Counted from the first letter of the stretch, positions 47,723-58,113 are shown. The stretch: 64,000 nt of DNA from Bdellovibrio sp. (GCA_036677065.1 JAKFBS010000001.1:256001-320000); one strand, 5' to 3'. The notes: generated by a model from the sequence alone, not told the origin. Translations and numbers: made by a program.

Positions 47723-49222
47723 GTGAAAACAATTTCAAAATTAGCTTATTTATTAGCGCTATTCTTAGGCTTGTCAGCCGCCGCTGAAGCCTCAGCCGGC
47801 CGCGCCAAAACTGTTTGCACAATGACCTTCAACTCTGAGAACGAACGCACGGTTTTTACGAAAAACTTGAGCCCGTTAGGTTATGACATCGTCGAGCTGA
47901 CGCCAGAAAGCAAAGATCCGAATTGGTTTTCGCATGCCTGCAATTCAAATATTAAATGCGACATCGTTTTGATGTCAGGTCACTTTGGTGGATTATTTTT
48001 TGGTGAAGGCGGAAAAGCTTCAACACTTTCAGTTGCAGATTTGGTGGCAACACGTGAAGCGCGCACCTGCGGAAATATATTAGATGCACAAGCCGTTTAC
48101 TTAATGGGTTGCAATACCTTGGCTTCAAAAATTAAAGACCACCGAACGATAGATCAGTATTTACGAGTGTTAATTAACGATGGTTTTCCGCTGAATATGG
48201 CAGAAAGTGTGGCGTCGGCTCGTTATTTAAATTTCGGTCAGAGCATGGGCGAAATCATGACTCAGATTTTTTCAAATTCACAAATGATTGCAGGTTTTGA
48301 TTCGACGGGCCCATTAGGTGCGCAGGCGGCTCCGTTATTACAAAAAGCTTTTACAAATTCTTCTCAGGCAGAAAAAATGTCTACGGGTATCGGGCAAAAA
48401 GCTTTAAAAGCTCAGTTTGCAAAACACAATATGCGCGTAATTAATCCGACCCAAATTGCTGTCGATGAAAATTTAAAAGGGGCGTTGTCTTCTGACCCGA
48501 TTGGCGCCGCAAAAGCCTGGAAAAATATTTTAGCATCGCAGTCTTCAATTAGAAAATACTGGGATTTTATCACTCGCCAGCAGTTAAATAGCTCGCTAGC
48601 ACAAGTGGTTATAAGTGAGCCGACCATTCGTGCCCGTTTAGAACTAACGTTTATTGAAATTATTAAAACGGCTCAGGGCTTGTCTGCGATTCAGTTAAAA
48701 TCATTAAACTTTTTAAAACGTTTTCAGGTGATCCAGCCAGAATCTCACACCGTTGCGGTTCTTAAGATCGTTGCTGGTATTCTATCAAAACAAATCGATT
48801 ATGTCAGTGCTGATCAATTATGTGAAATCTTTAAAGAGCAAAAAAATTTAGTGTTGCCAGAAACTTCGAAGCAGAAAATTTCTCAAAGTATCTATTCTGA
48901 ATTTTTAAATAAATGCCGTGGCGAAGTTAAACCCCTTGTCGGCACGCCGGCTATGCGCTGTTTATATGGCGATGGTTCAAGACGCTCAGACTGGTCATGT
49001 TTAACAGATAACTGGATGCAATTAGATGTGCCGTCTTGTCAGTTAGCTAAATCCAGAAATAACGATCCAGAAAATTCAGACGATATGTTGTGGTTCTGTT
49101 ATTCAAAAATGTTAGACATGCGCCAGCTGAATCGCCCGGCTTGTTTAGAGCTCACCCATAGCTTTTCGATCTTAAGTAATCAGCTGAAAATGAACTGGAA
49201 TTGTTTGAACAGGGTGAATTAA
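47723..49222 (+). CDS. Secreted hypothetical protein with Cys-rich C-terminus
   Basis: GTG47723 then signal peptide; SGHFGG and YLMGCNTL motifs; many C-terminal Cys. Confidence 0.65.
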   Translation: MKTISKLAYLLALFLGLSAAAEASAGRAKTVCTMTFNSENERTVFTKNLSPLGYDIVELTPESKDPNWFSHACNSNIKCDIVLMSGHFGGLFFGEGGKASTLSVADLVATREARTCGNILDAQAVYLMGCNTLASKIKDHRTIDQYLRVLINDGFPLNMAESVASARYLNFGQSMGEIMTQIFSNSQMIAGFDSTGPLGAQAAPLLQKAFTNSSQAEKMSTGIGQKALKAQFAKHNMRVINPTQIAVDENLKGALSSDPIGAAKAWKNILASQSSIRKYWDFITRQQLNSSLAQVVISEPTIRARLELTFIEIIKTAQGLSAIQLKSLNFLKRFQVIQPESHTVAVLKIVAGILSKQIDYVSADQLCEIFKEQKNLVLPETSKQKISQSIYSEFLNKCRGEVKPLVGTPAMRCLYGDGSRRSDWSCLTDNWMQLDVPSCQLAKSRNNDPENSDDMLWFCYSKMLDMRQLNRPACLELTHSFSILSNQLKMNWNCLNRVN

Positions 49223-49421
49223 ATCGAATACATTCCACCATTTTTGTTTCTGCCTGTTAGGAATCTAGACAGTTTCAGTGTCTCACTTTGAGAATTTCAC
49301 TGTCTGAGATGCAGTAAAACGCATTTTTAAATCTTAAAACGATTTTAACATGTTCTTGTCAGGTTGGACCAGATATTGAACTACTTCCTATTGTTACAAG
49401 TTTTAACTTTTAGGAGTATGT

Positions 49422-50987
49422 ATGAAAAAGTCTTTTGTTTTATTATCAGCTTTAGTTGTTACAACAACGTTTATCGTTAATTGTCAAAAAGCTCCGGATA
49501 AAAGACGCGTTCGCCCTACAGCAGGTGGATCAGGTACACAATCTGATGTAGTTGATAAAACAAAACTTCCTACAAAAGTTTGCAGTGCTGAATTATTAAA
49601 TAACTATAAATCATTTCATAAAAGCCAAGTTTTATTAAATAAAACTACGATCACAGCATCTTCAACTGAAGCAGAAAAAGAATCGCAAAGAAAATTAGGC
49701 GTTGAGACGTTAGCAAAATGTGACGAAGTTATTGATAAATTAAAACTAGAAGACAACCAAGGTTGTTACATGGATAACGGCGTTAAAGATGTATCAAATG
49801 CTTTAATGGTTCCTAGCATGCAAAATATCTGTAATAAATTAGGTGCAAAATTAAAAGCAGAAGTTGAATTAGATAGTTCTTACGCTGATGCGGCAAAAGA
49901 AAACGAAAAAGCAAAAGAAGAAGCTAAAAAAGTTCAAGAAAACTTTATCGGTAAAGATAAAACTTTTAAAATTTCAGAACAAGTTCTTGATATGATGTAC
50001 GAAGGTAACACAAACCTTGGTATGTTCTTAACTGAAGGTGAAGTTAAATCTTCGAAATCTTCTTTAGAAACAGCTCTAGCAGCTTCTAAAACTGTTTGTA
50101 CGGCGATCGGTGAAGGCATTTCTAAAGAACAAACTTTAAAAGAAACTGTTTTGACTTTTACTTCATTTGAAAATGCTGACAAATCGAACTTAGATGAATT
50201 AGCTATTGAATTTAAAGGCAAAGCTACAATGATTAACTTAGTTCTTCAATCTGAAGGTGAAATTACAACGGCAGGTAATTTACTTTGCTTAAACTTAGAG
50301 GTCGCAAAATTATCAGTAAATAAATTAACAGAAGTTTTCGGAAAAGGTATTACATCTGCTCCGGTAAAAGTAACTACTGAAGTAACTGGCGCAACATCTG
50401 AATCAACTCCAGCTGCGGCTTCAGCAACAACTACTGTATCAGCTACGGCATTTACATCGCAAGATTTAGCTGCGAAACAACCTGCTGGTTCACCGCAAGA
50501 TCAGCACTTAGCTTCTGGTACTGCGCAAATGATCGCTGATGCTAATAAAGAAGTTCCGCAAAAAGAAGCTGATCAAAAAGCTGCTGCTGACAAAGCGGCT
50601 GCAGAGAAAAAAGCTAAAGAAGAAAAAGCAGCCGCAGATAAATTAGCTGCTGATAAAGCTGAAAAAGAAGAAGTCGCTAAAGAAGAAGCTGCTAAAGTTA
50701 CAGTGGTAACGACACCAGTTGCTTCTACTGGCGCCTCTGCAACAGCTGCTACAAAAGAACAAGCTGAAGATGCTGCTGGCCAATTAGCGATGTTAAAAGA
50801 AAAAGCTGAGCGTTTAGAAGCTGAAGCCGTTGCTGCTGAAGCTGATGTTAAAAAATTAGAAGAAGCAAATGCTAAAGCTGAAGACGTTGACCAAGCAAAA
50901 GCAAAAGCCCGCATCACTCGTGAATCGGCAAATTCAGCAAAAGCAGACTACGATGCAGCTAACAAAACTGCAGTAGCTGCAAAATAA
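49422..50987 (+). CDS. Lipoprotein with long Ala/Lys/Glu-rich coiled-coil tail
   Basis: IVNC lipobox-like site; KAAADKAAAEKKAKEEK low-complexity repeats. Confidence 0.75.
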   Translation: MKKSFVLLSALVVTTTFIVNCQKAPDKRRVRPTAGGSGTQSDVVDKTKLPTKVCSAELLNNYKSFHKSQVLLNKTTITASSTEAEKESQRKLGVETLAKCDEVIDKLKLEDNQGCYMDNGVKDVSNALMVPSMQNICNKLGAKLKAEVELDSSYADAAKENEKAKEEAKKVQENFIGKDKTFKISEQVLDMMYEGNTNLGMFLTEGEVKSSKSSLETALAASKTVCTAIGEGISKEQTLKETVLTFTSFENADKSNLDELAIEFKGKATMINLVLQSEGEITTAGNLLCLNLEVAKLSVNKLTEVFGKGITSAPVKVTTEVTGATSESTPAAASATTTVSATAFTSQDLAAKQPAGSPQDQHLASGTAQMIADANKEVPQKEADQKAAADKAAAEKKAKEEKAAADKLAADKAEKEEVAKEEAAKVTVVTTPVASTGASATAATKEQAEDAAGQLAMLKEKAERLEAEAVAAEADVKKLEEANAKAEDVDQAKAKARITRESANSAKADYDAANKTAVAAK

Positions 50988-50988
50988 T

Positions 50989-51966
50989 TTAATTTTTAAT
51001 GATCTTGCGGAGTGAATCAAATTCCTCCGCCCAATATCTGTAAGTGTTAAACTCAGGAAAAATTTTCGGAAAGCTTGGATCGTTCCAGCGATTTAAAATC
51101 CACCCCGCATAACAAATCACACGGTACGCGCGTAAATACGGAACCAGCTCTAACTGCCGTTCATCAAATTTACGTAGAGTTTCATAACCTTTTAAAAATA
51201 ATTCGAATTCTTTAGTTGGCGTAAATTCCTGATCAGGAAAGATCATCCAGAAATCCTGCACCACCGGCCCATTGATAAAATCATCAAAATCGACAATGGT
51301 AATGTCGTTCTGGCCGTTATCTAATAAATTACCGCGGTGAAGATCGCCGTGAATGCGTATAAAGCCCTGGGGATCAAGTTTGTTATCAAGGGTTTCGAAC
51401 ACGTGCTCGGCTAAATCCATGTACTGGTGATGAATCTCGGGCGCAATAACCGTATCTAGTTGATCAAGTAAAAACCATTTGTTGTCTTGGCTAGGCCCGA
51501 AGAAATTGCGATGAAGTGCTTCTTTTTTTTCGCCGGTATTATGTAATTGCGCAGTTAGGGATCCCAGTTTTTCAAATTGGTTTAACAGCACTTCTTGCAT
51601 CATGCGGCCGCGCACTTTTTCATAAAAGCAGTATAAAATGCCGTTAGCCTCAAAAACCGTTTCTTGATTTTTCGCGCGTAAGGGTAAGCCCACCGACAAA
51701 CCATCATTGTGCAGGTCAAAACAGAATTCATGTTCGTCGGCGATGGTTTCTTTTGACCAGCGCCCAGGGCGAAAGAACTTAGCAATCACTGATTGGCTGT
51801 CTTCTAATTTGATTTCGAAAACGCGGTTTTCATAAGAATTTAATTGGTGAATTTCACCAGTGGGTTTATAGCCATTAAGATCGGCGCACTGAAGAATCAG
51901 GTGCGGGTCTAAATTAAAAAACTGGTCTGTTTGAACCTTAGAATTCACTGTCATTGAACAAATCAC
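50989..51966 (-). CDS. srkA: Stress-response Ser/Thr kinase SrkA/RdoA (YihE)
   Basis: LNSYENRV, KFFRPGRWS, RIHGDLHRGN, DFDD, GPVVQDFWM, RWNDPSFP. Confidence 0.92.
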   Translation of the reverse strand: MICSMTVNSKVQTDQFFNLDPHLILQCADLNGYKPTGEIHQLNSYENRVFEIKLEDSQSVIAKFFRPGRWSKETIADEHEFCFDLHNDGLSVGLPLRAKNQETVFEANGILYCFYEKVRGRMMQEVLLNQFEKLGSLTAQLHNTGEKKEALHRNFFGPSQDNKWFLLDQLDTVIAPEIHHQYMDLAEHVFETLDNKLDPQGFIRIHGDLHRGNLLDNGQNDITIVDFDDFINGPVVQDFWMIFPDQEFTPTKEFELFLKGYETLRKFDERQLELVPYLRAYRVICYAGWILNRWNDPSFPKIFPEFNTYRYWAEEFDSLRKIIKN

Positions 51967-52043
51967 CCTTGCATATCTTACAATGAAAAACCACCGATTG
52001 TGCCCTACAGTAGCCGTATATTCGTTTTAAGGCTAGTCATTTG

Positions 52044-52059
52044 TGGCTCTTGGCTTGCT
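52044..52059 (+). promoter_or_regulatory. Sigma-54 promoter
   Basis: TGGCTCTTGGCTTGCT. Confidence 0.65.
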
Positions 52060-52105
52060 TAGTTTCTATCTTGATAGTTTTTAATTTAGGACTTCGGAGG
52101 CTTGC

Positions 52106-53401
52106 ATGTTGAACCAAAAATCACTTTTATTATCAGTAGCAGTACTTGCTGCATTTACTTTAACAACAACAGGTTGTGGTAAAAGCAAAGAAACGCGTTC
52201 AGATGTGCGCGGCACCACGACAACACAAGAGCAAGCCGATGTAGAAAACCTTGATATCGTCGATGCCGATGGTCAAGGGGCTCCTTTACCTACTTCTGCA
52301 AGTGGTACGGCATTACCGGGTTTACCACCATCGGTTGATTCAAATGATGCGGGCACATTAAATCCATTACCTAATTCAAATGGCAGTAACTCTGATGATG
52401 GCGGTGCTGATACTTTACCGCAATCTGGTAAAACTAAAAAATCAAACGGAGCGGTAGGCGCCAAATTTGATGAAGCTGAAGCGGTAAAAACCGGCGGTAA
52501 GCTGGATACATTAAATTACACATCATCTTCTGCTGATGGTTTGATGGCTGAATTTCGTGGTTACAATAATAAAGTAAACGCTGAACAAAAAACGATGAAT
52601 TTAAATTTAGCTAAAGCTGTGATTAACGCTAAACTTAAACGTTCTACGGGTTCAGGCGATATGTTAGTTGATTTAACATTAGATGAATCATTAAACGGCG
52701 TTAAAAAGATTACGTCATACAGATTACAAGCTACCCAAGCAGGTGATAAATATTCATTAACTAAAATTAATTCAAATGGTGATCTAGAAGTTCAAGGTGG
52801 ATTTTTAAAATGCACTGATGCTGACGGCGGTTGTGAGAATGCTTACATCAAAGTTAAAATGTCTGGTGCTTATGTTCGTGTGATTTTTAGAAAATCATAT
52901 GCAGATCGTTTCTTTATTTTAGAAGAAGGTTCTGCAGGTTCTTCTTTTGAAATGTGGAAATCATATTTAACAAACACAGTGAACTTTGCTTCAACGTCGC
53001 AAAAATTGGATTACATTCAAACTTCATCATTTGAAGTTGTTAACGGTCGCGCTGCCATGGGTGTGTTGATTGCGACTGAAGATAAAGAAGTTGTTGGTTT
53101 AGGTGTTCAGTTATTAGCGGCTGACAAAGGCACTGTTGCCGGATCAAATATTGCTAAAGTAGCTGACCTATCAAAAAATTATGACTTACAATCGAACAGC
53201 AATGCTTCGCAAAATTTAGCGCAAGCTATTAAAGACGCAAAACTTGTGAACAACAATGGTAAAGGCCAAGTGCGGATTCGTTTAGATTTATCATCAGGTT
53301 CGCAAAAAGCCGCGATGTGGTTAACTTTATCGAATATTCAAAAAGCTTCGATGTCGATTGCTGAAATTCAAGGCTTTGAGAGCAAGCTTTCTAAGTTTTA
53401 A
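52106..53401 (+). CDS. Hypothetical lipoprotein
   Basis: TTGC lipobox, disordered linker, beta-rich domain with CTDADGGC. Confidence 0.75.
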   Translation: MLNQKSLLLSVAVLAAFTLTTTGCGKSKETRSDVRGTTTTQEQADVENLDIVDADGQGAPLPTSASGTALPGLPPSVDSNDAGTLNPLPNSNGSNSDDGGADTLPQSGKTKKSNGAVGAKFDEAEAVKTGGKLDTLNYTSSSADGLMAEFRGYNNKVNAEQKTMNLNLAKAVINAKLKRSTGSGDMLVDLTLDESLNGVKKITSYRLQATQAGDKYSLTKINSNGDLEVQGGFLKCTDADGGCENAYIKVKMSGAYVRVIFRKSYADRFFILEEGSAGSSFEMWKSYLTNTVNFASTSQKLDYIQTSSFEVVNGRAAMGVLIATEDKEVVGLGVQLLAADKGTVAGSNIAKVADLSKNYDLQSNSNASQNLAQAIKDAKLVNNNGKGQVRIRLDLSSGSQKAAMWLTLSNIQKASMSIAEIQGFESKLSKF

Positions 53402-53477
53402 TATAAAGTTTTAAACTAACCGGTTCTTTTCAATAAGTTGTCTATTATAAATCGGGCTATTTTTGGCCCTGATTTTT

Positions 53478-53493
53478 CGGCCCGCGCTTTGCT
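53478..53493 (+). promoter_or_regulatory. Putative sigma-54 promoter
   Basis: CGGCCCGCGCTTTGCT. Confidence 0.55.
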
Positions 53494-53527
53494 TTATACC
53501 TCTTGTGTACAAATAACAGGGGGACAA

Positions 53528-54478
53528 ATGTTATCAAAATCATTCAAATTAACGTTATTAGCGATTTTAGCAACTGCATCGGTGTCAAATGCGCAATTCG
53601 GTATTCAACCGGGCGATGGCTTTGACGATGGTGATCACCATTCAATGTGTGACAATCCATATGATCCAGATTGTTCAACTCAGCCAGGTTATCCGGGCCA
53701 GCCAGATTTTCCAGACTATAATGATGACCAATCTTCTGATGTTAAATCGATCTCGATCTATCGTTCAGTAAGAAACGAAGTTTTAGACTTGCGTAGATTA
53801 GCAGGTTTAGGCGTTCAATACCGTGGCTACGAAGTAGTATCGGTTCGCGCAAGAACTCGCCCTGATTCTCCATACACTACAACGGTTCAGTTATTAGCTG
53901 ATAACCGCAACGTAGCGACTCAAGTTAATCCAGGTAAACGTATTAACTTAGTTCCAAATCAACGTTTAGTTTTAGGATCTTCAGTACGTGAACTTGAAAT
54001 GTATGTTAACGGTTCTACTTACATCGAAGAAATCGTGATTGAAATTCGCCGCACTGGTGGTCAACAACCTCCGCAATATCCTGGTCACCCACCGCATGAG
54101 CCGCCTCCATACCCAGGTCATCCAGGTAACCCAGGAAATCCAGGTTACGATGATCAACGTGTAGAGCTTTACATTAACCGTTCAACATACAGCAACGACC
54201 GCATTGATTTAGGCAACTACTTCAGCATGCAACAATACCGTGGCTACCGTATTGAACAAGTTATCGTAACTGCGAACGCACACAACAACGTGGCTTTAGC
54301 AGATTTATTAGTGAACGGTTTTAACGCTGGAACTACACAGTTTGATCGTTACACAAGTTCACAATCTTTATACTTACATAACCGTCCAGATATCGGTGGA
54401 GCAGCTAGCAGCTTAGTGCTTTACACTCGTGGCAATATGACAGTTCAACGTGTAACGTTAGTTCTTAGCAGATACTAA
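53528..54478 (+). CDS. Secreted protein with two beta-sandwich repeats and a Pro/Gly/His linker
   Basis: Signal peptide from ATG53528; repeated QYRGY.[VI]..V.V.A; PGHPP and PGNPGNPG linker. Confidence 0.75.
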   Translation: MLSKSFKLTLLAILATASVSNAQFGIQPGDGFDDGDHHSMCDNPYDPDCSTQPGYPGQPDFPDYNDDQSSDVKSISIYRSVRNEVLDLRRLAGLGVQYRGYEVVSVRARTRPDSPYTTTVQLLADNRNVATQVNPGKRINLVPNQRLVLGSSVRELEMYVNGSTYIEEIVIEIRRTGGQQPPQYPGHPPHEPPPYPGHPGNPGNPGYDDQRVELYINRSTYSNDRIDLGNYFSMQQYRGYRIEQVIVTANAHNNVALADLLVNGFNAGTTQFDRYTSSQSLYLHNRPDIGGAASSLVLYTRGNMTVQRVTLVLSRY

Positions 54479-54509
54479 GTTTTTCGCGAAAAATAATTGT
54501 CAAAAATAG

Positions 54510-54545
54510 GGCCGCATGAGATTAATTTCTTGCGGCCTTTTTTTT
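54510..54545 (+). terminator. Intrinsic terminator directly ahead of the TIGR02147 RBS
   Basis: GGCCGCA-loop-TGCGGCC-T8. Confidence 0.75.
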
Positions 54546-54554
54546 AGGAGAAAT

Positions 54555-55478
54555 ATGGAAAATCAGCACATTCAGTTAAATCAAAATCCTGCAATTTCAG
54601 CTACTTCGGTTTTGGCTCCAACGTTATCAGATTACATGGATTTTCGTTTGTTTTTGGCTGATTTTTACCAGTTTAAAAAAGAATCTACTAAGCGCTCTTT
54701 GCGCCCTTACAACTACGCGATTTTCTCGGCCGCTGCAGATATTAAGTCTCCGAATTATTTAAAAATGATCATCGAAGGCAAACGTAATCTATCAATGGAT
54801 ATGGTTGCAAAATTTGCCAGAGCCTGCGGTCTTAATAAAGCACAATCTGATGAATTTAAATTGTTAGTCACTTTCAACCAAGCTGATGATCCTGCAGACC
54901 GTAACTATGCACTAAAGCAATTGTCTGAGTACCGTGTACAACAAAAACTTAAACTTGGTGAATTTGATCGTAAAGTTTTTGATAAAGTTCCGAACTGGAT
55001 TGGTTGGATCATTTACGCTCTTGTCGACCAAGAGGGTGTGACATTTGAGACCAGCAAATTAAAAGACTTACTTCGTGGTAAGGCTTCTGAATCTGAAATT
55101 GATCAAGCCCTAAAAAATCTTTTGATGAGTGGTGAATTACAAAAAGATTTAGCTACCGGAATCATTTCAAAAGGTAAATCTTCTGAAGCTCCTGAAGAAA
55201 TTCCGTCAGCATTAATTCGTCAGTTACAAATGCAGTTAATGTATTTAGGCTTAGAGTCTTTATATCAAGATGCGCCGACCGAGCGTGAATTCGGGTCTTT
55301 AACGTTATCGCTATCACAAGCTGAGTTTGAAGAGCTTAAGTTCAAGTTACGCCAAATGCGCAAATCTCTTCACAAAGAGAATAATATTGCTCGTATGAGT
55401 GCTAAAGGTGAACGGGTTTATCAGTTAAATCTTCAGCTTTTTCCGGTAAGTAATGTATCTAAAAAAATAGACGCTTAG
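54555..55478 (+). CDS. TIGR02147/DUF4423 family putative regulator
   Basis: YMDFRLFLADFY, SPNYLKMIIEGKRNLS, VYQLNLQLFP; AGGAG before ATG54555. Confidence 0.88.
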   Translation: MENQHIQLNQNPAISATSVLAPTLSDYMDFRLFLADFYQFKKESTKRSLRPYNYAIFSAAADIKSPNYLKMIIEGKRNLSMDMVAKFARACGLNKAQSDEFKLLVTFNQADDPADRNYALKQLSEYRVQQKLKLGEFDRKVFDKVPNWIGWIIYALVDQEGVTFETSKLKDLLRGKASESEIDQALKNLLMSGELQKDLATGIISKGKSSEAPEEIPSALIRQLQMQLMYLGLESLYQDAPTEREFGSLTLSLSQAEFEELKFKLRQMRKSLHKENNIARMSAKGERVYQLNLQLFPVSNVSKKIDA

Positions 55479-56077
55479 TGAATTAAAAATCCCCACAAGC
55501 TGGTTAGACTTGCTACCAACAATACGGTTGAGGCAATTTTTTGCCGGCGCTGGTCGTTGATATCAATCAATTTTTTTAAAAAAATCTGAGCTACTGATAA
55601 AGCTGGTACAGACGATAACCAAAACATGAACATCACTAAACCACCTGCTATTGCAGAACGCGCAGCCAGTGATGACAAAATAAAACTATAAAGCCAGCCG
55701 CACGGTAAAGTTAAACTTAAAAGCCCCAGCAAAAATGGATTATTACGCTTTTGCCAGAAAATATTTTTCATAAATCCGGGCAACTTAATTTTTTCAGCCT
55801 TCGTAAAATATGTAAAAAGCAATAAAACTGTAATTGCGACCACAGAAACTATTTTAAGCCATTCAAACGATGTCACCAGCAGTGATGAAACCGTTCCGGC
55901 AAAAACACCGGCCAGCACATAAGAAACTAAACGACCGATTTGGTACTGCACGAGTTGTTTTTTTTGCGCTAATAAACAAGTTATTGGGCCGCACATAATC
56001 GCGCAGTGCCAGCTGCCGATGAACCCCGCGACAAAAAAGCCTGCCAGTAAAGAAACAAACGATGCGTCGCTTGTCAT
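55475..56077 (-). CDS. cbb3-associated membrane protein (DsbD_2/TauE-like)
   Basis: GSWHCAIMCGP, YQIGRLVSY, LPCGWLY. Confidence 0.85.
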   Translation of the reverse strand: MTSDASFVSLLAGFFVAGFIGSWHCAIMCGPITCLLAQKKQLVQYQIGRLVSYVLAGVFAGTVSSLLVTSFEWLKIVSVVAITVLLLFTYFTKAEKIKLPGFMKNIFWQKRNNPFLLGLLSLTLPCGWLYSFILSSLAARSAIAGGLVMFMFWLSSVPALSVAQIFLKKLIDINDQRRQKIASTVLLVASLTSLWGFLIH

Positions 56078-57420
56078 TGCGCTGGTCCTACAATCTGAAT
56101 ACTAAATTCTTTGTTGAATAGTTCGGGCGCGATTGCGTCGCTAATTTTTACTTTTAAAGTTGATGTTTTTGCTATTGATTCTTTAGGTAGGGTAACAAAA
56201 AAATGCCAATCAAAACTTTCTTTGCTTTTTAAAGTAAGCTGATTGAACTGCGAAGTTATTTTAGCTTGCGAATTATTTAAAATTTCGATTTTATAATTTT
56301 TTGCTTCGCGGCTTTGATTGGTGACATGAAATCGAAATTGATTGGTGATGTAATCAACGCCATTTTCAGATTGTTGCGTAAAAGTGGTTGTCAGCGATCT
56401 CAATATAAAAGCTTCTGAATGTTGAAAAGTCAGCAAACCGTACAATAAACCAAACAGACAAACCATAATGCCCGCTAAATATAAAAGTGAACGTGATTTA
56501 AATAACGAAGTTTTAGTTTCACTTAAGTTTCCGTACTTAATAAGACCTTTTGGTTTATGCACTTTCTCCATGATTTCATCACAGGCATCAATACAGGCTG
56601 TGCAGGCGATGCATTCCATCTGTAAGCCGTTACGAATATCAATACCAATCGGGCAGGCATTCACGCAGCGGTTACAGTTAACGCAATCATCACGCTTTTC
56701 ATCATAGACGACATTTAAAGAATTTTTATCCAGCAAAAGACCTTGTATGCGGCCATAAGGGCACATGATTGTGCAAAACTGTTCGCGAAACCAGCCAAAA
56801 TTAAAAACTAATACGGCCGTTAAAATCTGCGAAAAAACAAATAAGCTAAAATTAGCGTTGGGCCCTTGTTTGATGATGTTAATGAACTGGTGCGAACCTA
56901 CAAAGTACGCCAATGCACTGTGTGCAATAAAAGCTGATGCAAAATAGAATAATATCCATTTAACAGCTTTACGTAAGAATAGCCCGAAGGTCATTGGGTC
57001 AATAACTTGTTTGCGGCGGGCTAAGTAATTACCTTCAATAAAATATTCAATACGGCGAAAGACGCCATCAATAAATACAGTCTGTGGGCAAGTCCAACCA
57101 CACCAAACCCGGCCCCAGACAGTAGTCACAAAGGCCAAGGTTAAAGCGCCGCCTAAAATTAAGAATAGCAGCAGCGGCGCATTGTGCGCTTTAAACAAAG
57201 CCCCGAAAAAATAAAATTCGCGGCCGGGGATATTCAGCAGAATGCTTTGATAACCGCCAAAATTAATCCACGGTAAGGTCAGAAAAAAAATAATCAAAAA
57301 ACTTTGCACCAAAGTTCTACGCGTACGAAAATAGCCGCTCACTTCTGCTGGGTGCAACCCGATGCGGTTACCGTATTCATCGATACTCGTAATTTGCTCT
57401 GTTGAAAGTCGTGGTTTCAT
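56074..57420 (-). CDS. ccoG: Cytochrome c oxidase accessory protein CcoG
   Basis: GRVWCGWTCPQT, CPYGRIQ, CVNCNRCVNACP, CIACTACIDAC. Confidence 0.92.
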   Translation of the reverse strand: MKPRLSTEQITSIDEYGNRIGLHPAEVSGYFRTRRTLVQSFLIIFFLTLPWINFGGYQSILLNIPGREFYFFGALFKAHNAPLLLFLILGGALTLAFVTTVWGRVWCGWTCPQTVFIDGVFRRIEYFIEGNYLARRKQVIDPMTFGLFLRKAVKWILFYFASAFIAHSALAYFVGSHQFINIIKQGPNANFSLFVFSQILTAVLVFNFGWFREQFCTIMCPYGRIQGLLLDKNSLNVVYDEKRDDCVNCNRCVNACPIGIDIRNGLQMECIACTACIDACDEIMEKVHKPKGLIKYGNLSETKTSLFKSRSLLYLAGIMVCLFGLLYGLLTFQHSEAFILRSLTTTFTQQSENGVDYITNQFRFHVTNQSREAKNYKIEILNNSQAKITSQFNQLTLKSKESFDWHFFVTLPKESIAKTSTLKVKISDAIAPELFNKEFSIQIVGPAQ

Positions 57421-57950
57421 TACATACCTTTGGATTTAATTAAAGCTACGACGCCAAAAATTTCATCGGCATTCAACAGGCCTTCCCATGGTGGCATTCC
57501 TTTTGCGGCAACACCCTGGCGAACAGTCTGAACAATTTCTGAACTTTTGCTCCCGTGAACCCAGATTTTATCTGTTAAATTGGGTCCGATTTTTCCTTCA
57601 AGGTTTTCTCCGTGGCACATGGCACATTTTGCCTGAAACACGCCGGCTCCCATCTTAACTAAATTAGGATCTTTTAATTTTAATTCTAGTTCGTCTTCGG
57701 TAAAGGTCGGAAATTTATTAGCCGCTGTAATTTGCAAATCTTTTAGTTTTTGCATCGACAGTTCTAATTCCTGCGTTAACGTCGGGCCCTGTTTAGTCAG
57801 TTCAAAATGAATATAGTAATGAAATGCAAAAATGACGGTTAAGATAAAACTCCACACCCACCAGGTCGGCATCGGGTTGTTGTGTTCATCAATGCCATCG
57901 TAAGTATGGAATACTTCAGTTTGAGTTTTGTTTTGTTCGTTATTTTCCAT
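57420..57950 (-). CDS. ccoP: cbb3-type oxidase subunit III (single heme)
   Basis: HTYDGIDEHNNPMPTWW, CAMCH, GPNLTD, GMPPW; ATG57950 after GAGGA. Confidence 0.88.
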   Translation of the reverse strand: MENNEQNKTQTEVFHTYDGIDEHNNPMPTWWVWSFILTVIFAFHYYIHFELTKQGPTLTQELELSMQKLKDLQITAANKFPTFTEDELELKLKDPNLVKMGAGVFQAKCAMCHGENLEGKIGPNLTDKIWVHGSKSSEIVQTVRQGVAAKGMPPWEGLLNADEIFGVVALIKSKGM

Positions 57951-58113
57951 GCTCGTCCTCGTTAGAAAATGGAATATGGGCCAATTGTTGAATTTGCTTT
58001 TTCGGTGCACGTAATGCATTCACAGCTACAAATACGAAGTAGCTGAAAAAAATCAAAAATCCGATCACAGTTAAATAAGTATCTGTAAAAAACTTTAATC
58101 CTTCTTGTTTCAT
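57940..58113 (-). CDS. ccoQ: cbb3-type oxidase small subunit CcoQ (57 aa, not in the ORF track)
   Basis: MKQEGLKFFTDTYLTVIGFLIFFSYFVFVAV...LAHIPF; single TM; between ccoNO and ccoP. Confidence 0.75.
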   Translation of the reverse strand: MKQEGLKFFTDTYLTVIGFLIFFSYFVFVAVNALRAPKKQIQQLAHIPFSNEDEHGK

